Positions 13,669-24,700 of a stretch of 64,000 nt of DNA are shown piece by piece. The notes under the pieces are model-generated. The model did no database searches. It saw only the letters and a program-made list of their open reading frames with translations, and was not told the origin of the DNA. Numbering within the stretch: the stretch's first letter is position 1; every line of letters starts with the position of its first letter. The position numbers were made by a program, and so were the translations under genes. This DNA is from Camelus dromedarius. Taxonomy: Eukaryota. The stretch lies in assembly GCF_036321535.1 (NCBI RefSeq), contig NC_087447.1, forward strand, positions 47,246,001 to 47,310,000, read 5' to 3'.

Positions 13669-14393
13669 GACAATAAAATACCTAGGAATAAATTTAACCA
13701 AGGAGGTGAAACACATGTATATTGAAAACTATAAGACATTAATGAAAGAAATAGAAGAAGACACAAATAAATGGAAAGATATTCTGTATTCAGATTGGAA
13801 GAATTACTGTGTTAAAATGTTCATGCTACCCATGTAATCCCTATCAGGATTCCAGTGGCATTTTTCACAGAAATTGAACAAACAATCCTATAAATTGTAT
13901 GGAACCACAAAAGGTTCCAAATAGCCAAAATAATCTGGAGATAGAAGAACAACACTGAATGCATTTCAAACTATAGTACAAAGCTATAGAAATTTAAATG
14001 GGATAATATTGGCACAAAACAGATACACAGATCAATGGAACAGAATAGCTAGCCCAGAAATAAACCTACACAGATATGGTCAATTTATGACAAAGGACAA
14101 TCTCTTCAATAAATGATATTGAGAAAACTGGACAGCTACATGCAAAAGAATGAAACTGGACCATTATCTTATACTATATACAAAAATTAACTCAAAATGG
14201 ATTAAAGACTTGAACATAAGACGTGAAACCATAAAACTCTTAGATGAAAATATAGGTGATAAGTTCCCTGACATAGGTCTTGGTGATGGTGTTTTTAATC
14301 TGACACTGAAAGCAAAAGCAACAAAAGCAAAATCAAGAAGTGGGACTACATCAAACTAAAAAGCTTCTGCACAGTAAAGAAACCATGAACAAG

Positions 14394-14581
14394 AAGGAAG
14401 GGTATAGCTCACTGGTTGAGCATGTGCTTAGCATGCATAAGGTCCTGGGTTCAATACCCAGTATTTCCATTTAAAAATAAATAAACCTAATTACCTCCTC
14501 CCACAAAAAAGGAAAAAACTGAAAAAAAAAGAGGCTAAGTAGTAACTAAAGCCACATGACCTATAAATTGGGGGGGGGGGA
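14394..14581 (+). mobile_element. Vic-1 type SINE with ~50 bp extra 3' sequence inside the TSD
   Basis: SINE 14394-14530, then non-L1 sequence 14531-14581. TSD aaaccat(g/c)aacaa at about 14380-14392 and 14585-14597. Confidence 0.85.
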
Positions 14582-15299
14582 GAAAAACCATCAACAAAAT
14601 GAAAAGGCAGCCTACTAAACGGGAACAAGTAATTGGAAATCGTATATCTGATAAGGGGCTAATATCAAAAATATGTAAAGAACTCATACAACTCAGCAAA
14701 AAACCAAACAATCCGATTAATAAATGGGTAGAAGATTTGACTAGACATTTTTCCGAAGAACACATACAGCTGGCCAACAGCCATGAAAAGATGCTCAACA
14801 TCATTAATAATCAGAGAAATCCAAATCAAAAGCACAATAAGATATCACCTCACATCTGTTAGAACAGCTATTATCAAAAAGACAACAAATAACAAGTCTT
14901 GGCAAGCATGTGCACTGTTGGTAAGAATGTTAAGTGGTGCACCCACCATGGAAAACAGTGTAGAGATTCCTCACAAAATTAAAAATAGAGCTATCATAAG
15001 ATTAGCAATTCCACTTCTGGGTATTTATCTGAGAAAAACAAAAAACACTAATTTGCAAAGATATATGCACCCCCAGGTTCATTCTAATATTACTTACAAT
15101 AGCTAAGATATGGAAACAACCTGAGTCCATTGATGGATGAATGGATAAAGAAGCTGTGGGATAGACAGACAATGGCATATTACTCAGCATTAAAAAGGAA
15201 TGAAATCCTGCCATTTGTGATAACATGGATGGAACTCAAAGGCATTATGCTACATGAAATGAGTCAGACAGAAAGACCAACACCATACAATCTCTCCTT

Positions 15300-15850
15300 T
15301 TTTGTGTGAGTTTTTTTTAAAACTGAAGTATAGTTGTTACAATGTGTCAATTTCTGGTATACAGCATGCTTCAGTCATACATATATATACATATATTTGA
15401 TTTCATATTCTTTTTCATTATAGGTTACTACAAGATATTGAATATAGTTCCTTGAGCTATACAGAAGAATTTTGTTATCTATTTCAAATATAGTAGTTAG
15501 TATTTGCAAATCTCAAACTTCCAATTTATCCTTTCCCTCCATAACTGTAACTATGTTTACTTGTTTAATATGTCTATGAATCTGTTTCTGTTTTGTAGGT
15601 AAGTTGATTTGTGCCTTTTTTTTTTTTTTTTTTTAAGATTCCACATATAAGTGATATCATGTGGTATTTTTTTTTTCTCTTTCTGGCTTACTTCACTTAG
15701 AATGATGATCTCCAGATCCATCCATGTTGCTGCAAAAGGCATTATTTTATTCTTTTTATGGCTGAGTAGTATTCCATTGTATAAATATACCACTGCTGCT
15801 TTATCTAGTCATTTGTCAATGGACATTTAGGTTGTTTCCATGTCTTGGTA
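15300..15850 (-). mobile_element. Lineage-specific L1 3' end inserted antisense into the older L1
   Basis: ORF 15557-15793 (NGILLSHKKNKIMPFAATWMDLEIIILSEVSQ) plus canonical 3'UTR. Approximate TSD ccatacaa(t/a)ctct. Confidence 0.9.
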
Positions 15851-16365
15851 TCCATACAAACTCTTTAATTTGTGGAATCAAAAAACAAAAACAAGGTCAT
15901 AAATACAAAGAATAGATTGGTGGTTGCTGGGGTGGGAGGTGAGGGGTGAGGGTTGGGTGACTGAACTGGTTTTGTTTTGTTTGGTTGGTTTAAATAAATT
16001 GAATTTTAAAGATTATAGGACTAGAACACTGGTGTTGGGACTCAAATGCCCCTCTTCTGATCCGCACTCTGTGCTCATTCTGTTACAGTTAAGCAGTCAC
16101 TGGAGAAGAGTAGGAGCATAGGGTACTGAGAGGGAGAGGAGAACACAAGTTTATATAATAATCCACCATTTTGGTTCTCTGTGATCCAGTCTTCTTTGAA
16201 GCTTAGGCAATACCAGCTATTTTCCCTCTTTTGTCCTTTATCTGGCCCTTAGAGCTCTGGGTCCCAGGGCAGAAGCACTGATTCAGGCATTATGAGTCCC
16301 CTGGGAAAGAGCATAGCCTCATCACAATTTGACATTTAGATGAGCCCACAGAGTTCTCCCAACAT

Positions 16366-17042
16366 TCAAACATTAAAATCACTGAGAAATGTCTAAATCT
16401 GCATTGAAAAGATTATCAGTAAAGCCCAATGTAGGGATGAACGAGAGCTGCCTAAAAGTCTCCATCTTCTCTTATTTTACTGTTTTTAAAATAAAAAGAA
16501 ACCATTAGAGGATGGATCTATATACTAGGCTTTTAAGAAGAAAATACAGGCTATTTACCAAAATACTGCAATTAGCCAGATTCTTCGGCTGAATCCACAG
16601 TCTATTCAAACATGTGTTTATATTAAAAATTGTACAGTATATGACTATGCTTTAGTCTGCTCTTGCAACCAAAGTACATCTGATAATACTTAGGAAATTC
16701 TATACAAGAGTGAAATTTTATCATGGTTGGAAGGAGTATTTTCTAAATGAAGACTATTAATATCTTAGTTACTGGGGTAAAAAAAAAAAGAGGAAAAAAC
16801 AGTATATGGTAAGCTTGGAACAGTGACTGTACTTTTCAGATGACAAGTAAGGAGCTGAGATGGCTAATTATTATCTGGAAAGTGTCATTAAAATATTAGC
16901 TCATGAGGTGTGATTACAAAGTGCAAACCTATGCAAAACTCGAGATTTTTCTACACATTGACTTGAAAAAAAATTTTAAATCTTAAACCTTGAAATTTTT
17001 TTTTAAATGACAATAATTTCAGCTGCTTCTCTAGTAGCTCAG
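16366..17042 (+). pseudogene. Highly degenerate catalytic exon of an ART2-like paralog (copy A)
   Basis: Collinear motifs versus copy B: MSKSAL 16389 ~ MADNAS; CRDERELPKSL ~ CTEEMEEKAPQLL; YDYAL..gctctt 16640 ~ FHYYLTRAL; ILYKS 16697 ~ TVYRRS; HEV 16902 ~ YEV; NNFSCFSSSS 17012-17041 ~ SNFNCFYSG. Donor tcagg-agtc versus tcaggtgagtc. Flanking introns are homologous. Confidence 0.7.
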
Positions 17043-17442
17043 GAGTCAGGTTCTATGTTCCAGGAGGGAGTGGTGGGGCCATGATGAAACAGAAGAATGG
17101 GGGCTCTGCTACTAAAGCCACCAGGGCAGAGAACCATGGGACCTTCCACCAGCTGTGGAAGAAAAAGAGAGGGCTAACATCCTGATACATAGAGCAGCTG
17201 AGACAGTTTCTAGTCCAGCCAAGTTCCCAATCTTTTCTGCTGTGCAGAAGTTCAGAAAGATCTATTGGGCATGAGTCATGGAAAAAATTGGAATGTGTAG
17301 CAATGGAAAGGGTCAGGGGACTTGGACAAGCTGGTTCAGGCCGAGTGGTGTGGCTGTGGCTGGGCAAACATCCAGGTGCCTGAACTGAGGTAGCAGCTGT
17401 GGAGATCAAGGGAAGTTGGGGAACTGGTGTTCTATATGAGGT

Positions 17443-17768
17443 TGTAAAAAATTAATAAACAGAAAGTCAATTAAGTAGAGTTGGGAGACCAAAAGGGGGA
17501 GCTCTCATGCACTTTGACTGTAGTAGGGGCCAGCAGGAAGAAGAAAGACTCTTCATTCCTGGCAAGGACTCAGCCAATGAAAAGCCATGGACTCTTGTTT
17601 ACTATAGCCCTCCCAACTACCTTTAACCCTGTATAAAAGAGTTCTCCTTCCCTTGCCCTGAGGGGACACATGGCTTGGCACGTGGCTTGCCATGGTTGCA
17701 GACTCCAAACTACACTTTTCTGCTGATCCCAAATAGAGAAATACCTGGCAGTCTGTTTTAGGTCAACA
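17443..17768 (+). mobile_element. ERV1-class solo LTR inserted in the last intron of copy A
   Basis: TG...CA termini, 4-bp TSD AGGT (17439-42 and 17769-72), TATAAAA near 17632. Absent from the paralogous intron near 50490. Confidence 0.9.
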
Positions 17769-18639
17769 AGGTGTACTAGGAGGAAGACACTGAAAGGTGG
17801 ATGGACTGAGGGGCGTGGTTTAGTGGACATTGAGGTTTCTAAGGTGGAGTAATTTCAAGTTCTAATTAGATTCTAGGATATTTTCATGAAAGTGTGCTCT
17901 GAAATTTCTGTAGAAGATAGAAGTATTTTAAAGGCAGAAAATAGAAACTCAGAGAATGATTCCAGGGAAGCTTTGAGCTTTTGCAAGGAGCTTTTACAAA
18001 CTTTTAAAGTTCTTGTCAGGTCTTAATGGAAACATAAATAGGGCAGCAGAGGAAAGATTCTATCCAATCATTTGAATCAAATGATTACTACTGGACACTG
18101 GTAAAGAAGCCAGATTTCATCAAGAGTCAGAAAAACAATTAACATGTGAGTAGGACAAATACTTTACATTTCACAAAGTCTCATTGGGCAGAGAAATAAT
18201 TTGCTGTATATAATAGGATTTCCAGGAGGTCAGAGCCAGAGATACCTTCAGAGGTAAAAAGAGACAAGCACAGAAGGGTCCCCACAATGGCCAGAGGTGC
18301 TCCAGGCCCCGCCAGGAAGGGTGTCCTCACAGGGAGCAGCACCTAGGGTGCCAAAGTGACTCAGAGATGAGGACTTGCAACCTGAAACACCAAGACCCAG
18401 AAGTGGAAGGGACTAAGTCGCCCCTCAGGCAACACTGAGGCTTTCTTGGGTCAGGATTTCCATTAGAGAGGACTAGAACTACAGGACAATGTCCTTGGGA
18501 TCATCCTCAGGAATTCCTGGTTGGTGAGAGGGGATTCCAGTTGGGAGCCCAGAGAAGTGGACCAGAGAGCCCCTCTGCCTATATTATTGACTGTAGTGTG
18601 TTGCTGGAAAGATCTGAGCGGCCCACATTCTGAAACATT

Positions 18640-18688
18640 TCTCCCCTTTTCTTCCTGGTCTCCTGGGCCTGCTGTTTCCACTGAGTAG
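18640..18688 (+). pseudogene. Remnant GPI-signal exon of ART2-like copy A
   Basis: cttcctggtctcctgggcctgctgtttccactgagtag (LPGLLGLLF..TE*) matches 52370-52414 (LPGLLVLLLLPAEL*). Upstream intron 18200-18640 aligns with 51910-52310. Confidence 0.7.
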
Positions 18689-19026
18689 GAGCCCTCACCT
18701 TCTTCCTGACTTTACATTTTCTTCAGAGTAGAGCAGATATAAAAATAATAATACAAAGGGTCTGACTGCTTCCCTTGTTTGTTATGGCAAATATCAGAAA
18801 GCACGAGAAGTGGAATCTTTTCCTTGGTTCACAGTTACTGCTTTTTTTTTCCACATCAAAATTCAAAGGATCTCATAGTTGAAATAGATTATGTGATTCT
18901 TTGAGAATTTCTAGCTAATCTGACGTATATTCTGTGTTAAAGTCCTTCAGTGTGATTAATAATTGTATGTAGTGTTAGTACCAGTATTAAAGACATATGT
19001 TGTGATCATAAATACTGTAAATTGAA

Positions 19027-19620
19027 TATCCGGAGAAAACTAACTTGAAAAGGCACATGCACCCCAACGTTCACAGCAATATTTACAATAGCCAAGACAT
19101 GGAAGCAATCTAAATGTCCATTGACAGATGACTGGATAAAGAAGTTGTGGTATGTGTGTGTGTGTATATGCAATGAAATACTACTCAGCCAAAAAAAAAA
19201 TTCTTGCTGGCATTGGATGGACCTAGAGATTATCATACTAAGTGAAGTAAGTCAGACAAAGAAAGACAAGTATCATATGATATCACTTATATATAGAATC
19301 TTAAAAATTATACAAATGAACTTATTTACAAAATAGAAACACATTCATAGACATAGAAAACAAACTTATGATTACCAAAGGGGAAAGGTGATGGAGGAAG
19401 GATAAATAAGGAGTTTGGGATTAGCAGATACAAACTATATATAAAATAGATAAACAACAAGGTCCTACAGTATAACATAGGAAACTATATTCAATATCTT
19501 GTAATAACCTATAATGAAAATGAATACATATAAATGTATAACTGAATCACCATGCTGTATATCAGCAACTAACAAAACATTGTAAATCCACTATACTTCA
19601 ATATAATTAATTAATCAAGT
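19027..19620 (+). mobile_element. 5'-truncated L1 (ORF2 end and 3'UTR)
   Basis: DDWIKKLWY...WMDLEIIILSEVSQ plus standard 3'UTR. Degenerate TSD aa.a.tgtaa.ttgaa. Confidence 0.9.
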
Positions 19621-19837
19621 AACAGTGTAAGTTGAAGAAATAAATGATATATAGTAATGTTTCCCATTCCGTGACTTTAGAGAATCCTACAGGCTATGTT
19701 AGGTCCTGAGTAGGGTTTTTCTCAGGCTTATCTGAGCCTACAGTTGTACATAGTACTGATAACTCATGTGGCAAGTTTTTCACAGCTTTGCTTGATGTCC
19801 TGAATACCCTAGTAAGACTCTGGGAATCATCCTAACC

Positions 19838-20051
19838 CAGAGTATCTTGACCTCAGCACTACTATCACTTTGGGTTGGATAATTCTTTATTGTCAAGGGG
19901 GCTGTCTTGGGCCCTGTATTTGGCAGCATCCTTGGTCTCTACCCACTAGATGCCAGTAACACTCCCTCTAATAGGTAGTAACAACCAAAACTGTCTCCAG
20001 GCATTGCCAAATGTCCTCTGCTGGGCAAAACTGCCCTGGTTGAGAACCAGT
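19838..20051 (+). mobile_element. MER20 (hAT-Charlie MITE)
   Basis: ctcagcactactatcactttggg...ggcagcatccttggtctctacccactagatgccagta...ttgagaacc matches the MER20 pattern. Confidence 0.85.
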
Positions 20052-20399
20052 ATCTTAGACAGTGGACATTTCCCTTCCCCACTGGACAGCATAAAGTCCT
20101 GTTGGGCATACCTTCTTGAATTATCTCTTAATCTATTACTTCTGCTCTGTCTCCAGTGCTCCTGGTCTCCTAAGGAAATGCACAGGGGTGTTCTTCAGGT
20201 TTCAATAGCATAGGAAGGATAACCCTAGAGTAGGGAGAATCCAAGGCTGAGGCTGCAGTAGCGTGTGGTGGCCAGGGGGTGGTGCCCGAGAAGCACCAAC
20301 TCGGGAATTCAGGAGAGCACCCAGGGCCAAGATTCTGCTCTAGGAGGAACTGGGCACGACTGGGCCCAGGCCAAGTCAGTAACACTAGGCATCATCCAC

Positions 20400-21630
20400 C
20401 TAGGAACACTCACTGTGCAACGGGCACTGCAGAAGGTACTTTACGCATAGCATAATCATAGTTAACCTTGACTTAGCATTTACTGTACAGCAGACACTGG
20501 GTTCTGCGCATTGCATGGATTATCTCCTTGAATTCTCACAATAACCCCAGCAGATAGATGAGATCTCATGTTACAGGTCAGAAAACAGAAATACAGAGAA
20601 GTCAAAAACTTTTTAAAATTCACATTTAATTCTTCCCAAAACCTCAACTAATTCATTTAAGTATTTAGAACCTACTATGTGTCAGGCACTCTTATAGGTA
20701 TAAGGTCATATTATCAACCCAATATTCTAGGAGAGAGAGCAGACATCAGAATGTGAGAGTCATGGTCCAACTCTGCACAGCTTGCCAAGTGAATATTTTA
20801 ACTCAAGCCTATCTGTCCGATTCTAGCACCTTTACTGCATCCACATTAGAACAGAAAGAGGGACCCCCAGGCCATGCCAGCTCCTGACCTGTCTGCTCTG
20901 CTGCTCCTGCTCCATGACAAGACCCTTGCCTGAACCTACTGTGAGTCAGGCATTGTTCTGAACATCTGAAGGTGAACAAGACAGACCTAAACCCTGGTTT
21001 CATGGAGCCTCCAGTAGAGGGGAAGAGGGATGGCAGGGAGACAGCTGCTAAAAAAACTTATTCCAGAAATTAAGTACATGCTGAGTGCTAGAAAGGAGAA
21101 GCACAGGGCAGGAAGTTGCAAAATTGTTGCAGAGGAAGCCAGCCTTGTGTAGGAAGTCAGGGCAGGCTTCATGGGGAAGGAATATTTGGGCTGACAGTTA
21201 AAGACTGAATAGCAATTAATCAAGCAGTAAGTCATGGAGGAACTGTCTATTGGACTGAAAAGAAGGCTGGAGGCTGCAAAGAACTTGGCCCTAATGGTCA
21301 GAAAAGTGAATGGTAGTGAGCAAGGGATAAACAACAAAATCTTACCTCACAGAGGTAAAACAATGGGTTTATGTGTCTCATTCGAACCATTTCTGGTTAC
21401 TAGCATGAACTCTGGAACCAGAGAGCCTGGGTTTGAATTCTAGCTCCATCATGCATTGATTGTGAGGCACTGGGCTAGTTCCACCTTCTCTATGCCTCTG
21501 TTTCATCATCTGAAAAATGGGAGCAAAAATTGCCACTATCCTTTAAGGCTGTTGTGGGGATTAAATAAGTTAACATATGTAAAGTACTTAGAATAGCACC
21601 TCGTACATGGCAAGTGCCATCTATCAATTA
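20400..21630. mobile_element. Cluster of MIR and L2 fragments
   Basis: MIR cores at about 20460-20600 (minus) and 21390-21630 (plus: ctctatgcctctgtttcatcatctgaaaaatggg). L2-like pieces at 20650-20750 and 20930-21330. Confidence 0.7.
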
Positions 21631-21640
21631 TTATCTTTGA

Positions 21641-21701
<61 letters not shown>
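21641..21701. repeat. (ATT)n microsatellite, about 20 units
   Basis: Directly visible. Confidence 0.98.
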
Positions 21702-21779
21702 GTTTGGTACATAAGCATTTAAATCCTACTCTGTTCACTTTACAAGCAAGCATCTCCCCATGTCATTGAAACTTTCTAA

Positions 21780-24700
21780 ACGCACACTGTATGAGCATGT
21801 GCATTTGTAAGAGCATGGAGGAAAGATAAATGCTTCCCAGAGTAATGATGTGGTCACCTCAGAGTTGGGGGTGGAAGGGCTTTATTCATTTTTCCTTTAT
21901 ACAACTTTTTATTGCTCCTCTGGGAATAACAGCAAAAATAAAAACAGAACAAATCAACCAAAAGAACTGAACAGAGAAACAGACCCACACACATATTTAT
22001 GTGTGAAATTTATGACAAAGACTCTACTCCAATCTAACAGAGGTCTTTTTAAATAAATGAGTTTGTTAATTAACCAGGTTGAAAAAAATGAAATTTGACT
22101 CCTTCTTCACAACATTTAAAAATAATTTAGGAGCGATCATAGACTTAAATGTGGACTTTAAAACAAAGCAATAAGACTTCTGGAAGAAAATACAGATGGA
22201 AACAATTTCTTTAACAGAACATAAAAGACTGATACATTGGATTCTGTTAAAATTAGTAACTTCTGTCCATCGAAAGATACCATTAGGAGAGTAAAAATAC
22301 AAATTAATGTTGGGAGCAAATAGTTGCAACACATATATCTGACAAAGGAATCATAGAATATTTAAAGAATATATATGTATATTTATATAAATATATGAAA
22401 CATTAAAAAAACATGTGAATTAATGAACTGCCGATACATGAAAAACATGGAGGACTCTCAAAGACGTAATGTTAAGTGAAAGAAGCCAGACAAATAAAAA
22501 AGTACACATTATATGATTCCATTTAGATGCCACTCAAAAATTGGCAAAATGAATGTATGGTGACAGAGATCAGAAAAGCAGCTGGTTACTGTTGGTGTAG
22601 GTACTGACTGGGAGCAGGCACAGGGAGTCTTCTAGGATGCTAGAAGTGCTCTATATCTTGACCTGAGTGATAGTTCCACAGGTGTGCACATAAGTAAAAA
22701 TTCAATGAGCTTAGGATTTGTGCACTTTACTGATGTGGTTATATTTCAATTAAAAAACACTTTTTCAAAGATTTGCAAATAAAATTCAAAGGAAAATAAC
22801 TGGCTCACAGTTAAAAAATAATGAACTATACACAAAAATATGGCAACATGGGCAAGAACCAGCAGAAATGACAACAGGAATAGATCCATAAGAAATTGCA
22901 AAAGTAGAATTATCAGAGTTTATATAATAACATGTTCCATAAGTTTAAATAAATTGCAGAAAGTCTTTAAAAATATGTGTAGGAAATAAGAGAACTATAA
23001 AGAATTATCAAACAGATTTAAAAAAGAAAAAAGCAGACTTTCTAAGAAATAAAGTCATAAAATAAGTGAAATTAAAAATTCAAAAAAATGGGACTTCCAC
23101 TTCCAGGAAGATGGAGTAAGGTGCACTTTTCCCTAGTCCTCCTGGTAACTACAACTAAAACCCCTAGAAGTTACATATAAAACAGACACAAGACTTTGAA
23201 AGATGGAGGGAAGAAGTCAGACCAGATAGGGACTTTGGGATCTAAGGAATGACACAGTGAAGAGTTCCCTACATTTTCTTTTTGCCTTACATCTCCCAGA
23301 CTGGGAGCTGAAGAGTCTAGCAATTTGGAAATGCCAGCAGGCACAGACTCAAAAAACCCAAAAAACCAACAGTCCCAACAAAAGCCTGTTCCTTCTACCA
23401 ATGGACCAGGAAAAAGCAGCATAGAAAGAAAGAAATTAGACAATAGCTGCTATATCCAGCCAAAAAACAAAGAAAAAACTGTGGCCCCTACCACCACCCA
23501 TGCCAGAAGAGGCTGAGTAAAGAGTGTAGATTTCTACTGTCCCCTGTAATGAGGCACCCCAATCCCTCCTGCCAGGGTAATATCAAAGAAGACTGAGCAG
23601 GGTGCTAGGACTTTCATCTTGCTGGGTGATAAGGCTCTGTCCCGGACTGTGATATAAGTAGAGACCACATGGGGAGTTTAGATTTCCACTCTCACCCTGT
23701 AGTAATGAGGAGCCCCTTCCTCATGTGTCAATAGAGGCTGGATGGAGAACTTTCACTTCTACCCTACCAGCAGTAATGATTTGATGTCACTCCCCTACCC
23801 CTGCTAGAGTTCTCTGTCACTCTCTCTCACTTACACACACGCACACACACTCACCCCATCTAAACAGAAAGTTTAAATAAGATCCAGAGTCTCATAACAT
23901 GATACTCAAATTTTCTAGGTTTAAATAGAAAATCACTTGTCATACTATATTAATCTGCTTAGGCTTTCATAATAAAATACCATAGACTGGGTGGCTTAAA
24001 CAACAGAAACTTATTTTTCAAAGTGCTAGGGGCTGGGAAGTTCAAGATCAAGGTGCCAGCCAGTTCAGTTCCTGGTGAGAGGTTTCCTCCAGGCTTGCAG
24101 ATGACCACCTTCTCCCTGTATCCTCACATGGCGTTTCCTCTGTGCGCATGTGGGGAGAAAGAGAGAGAAAGCAAGTTCTCTAGTGTCTCTTCTTATAAGG
24201 GCACCAATCTCACTGGACCAGGACCTCACCCTCATGACCTCATCAAACCCTAATCACCTCCCAAAGGTCTAATCTCCAAATACCATCACACTGGGGAGTT
24301 AGGGCTTCAACATATTAATTTGGGAGAGGTACACATATTCAGTCCATAACATATACCAAGAATCAGGAATATCTCAAACTGATGAAAATAGACAATCTAT
24401 AGATGCCAACACTGATACAAAAGAGACATAAGAATTATCTGACAAAGATTTTAAAGGAATCATCATAAAAATGCTTTAATGAGCAATTGTGAACACACTT
24501 GAAACAAATGGAAAACACAGAATGTCTCAGCAAAGAAATAAGATATAGAGAAGAAACAAATGGAAATTTTAAAACTGAAAAGCACAATAATTAAAATTAA
24601 AAAAACAGTGGATAAACTCAACAGCAGAATGGAGAGGACAGAGACTCAGTGAACTGGAAAATATAATATTAGAAATTACCCAATCTGAACACCAGTAAGA

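Larger units (their letters stand above)
13672..15960 (+). mobile_element. L1 ORF2 3' half and 3'UTR, interrupted by a SINE and an antisense L1
   Basis: ORFs 14150, 14599 and 14783 are L1 ORF2 fragments ([30 protein letters not shown]..; [11 protein letters not shown]). Confidence 0.92.

Noticed and set aside
21536..21718. Poly-Ile ORF
   Set aside because: Translation of the (ATT)n microsatellite and adjacent MIR.
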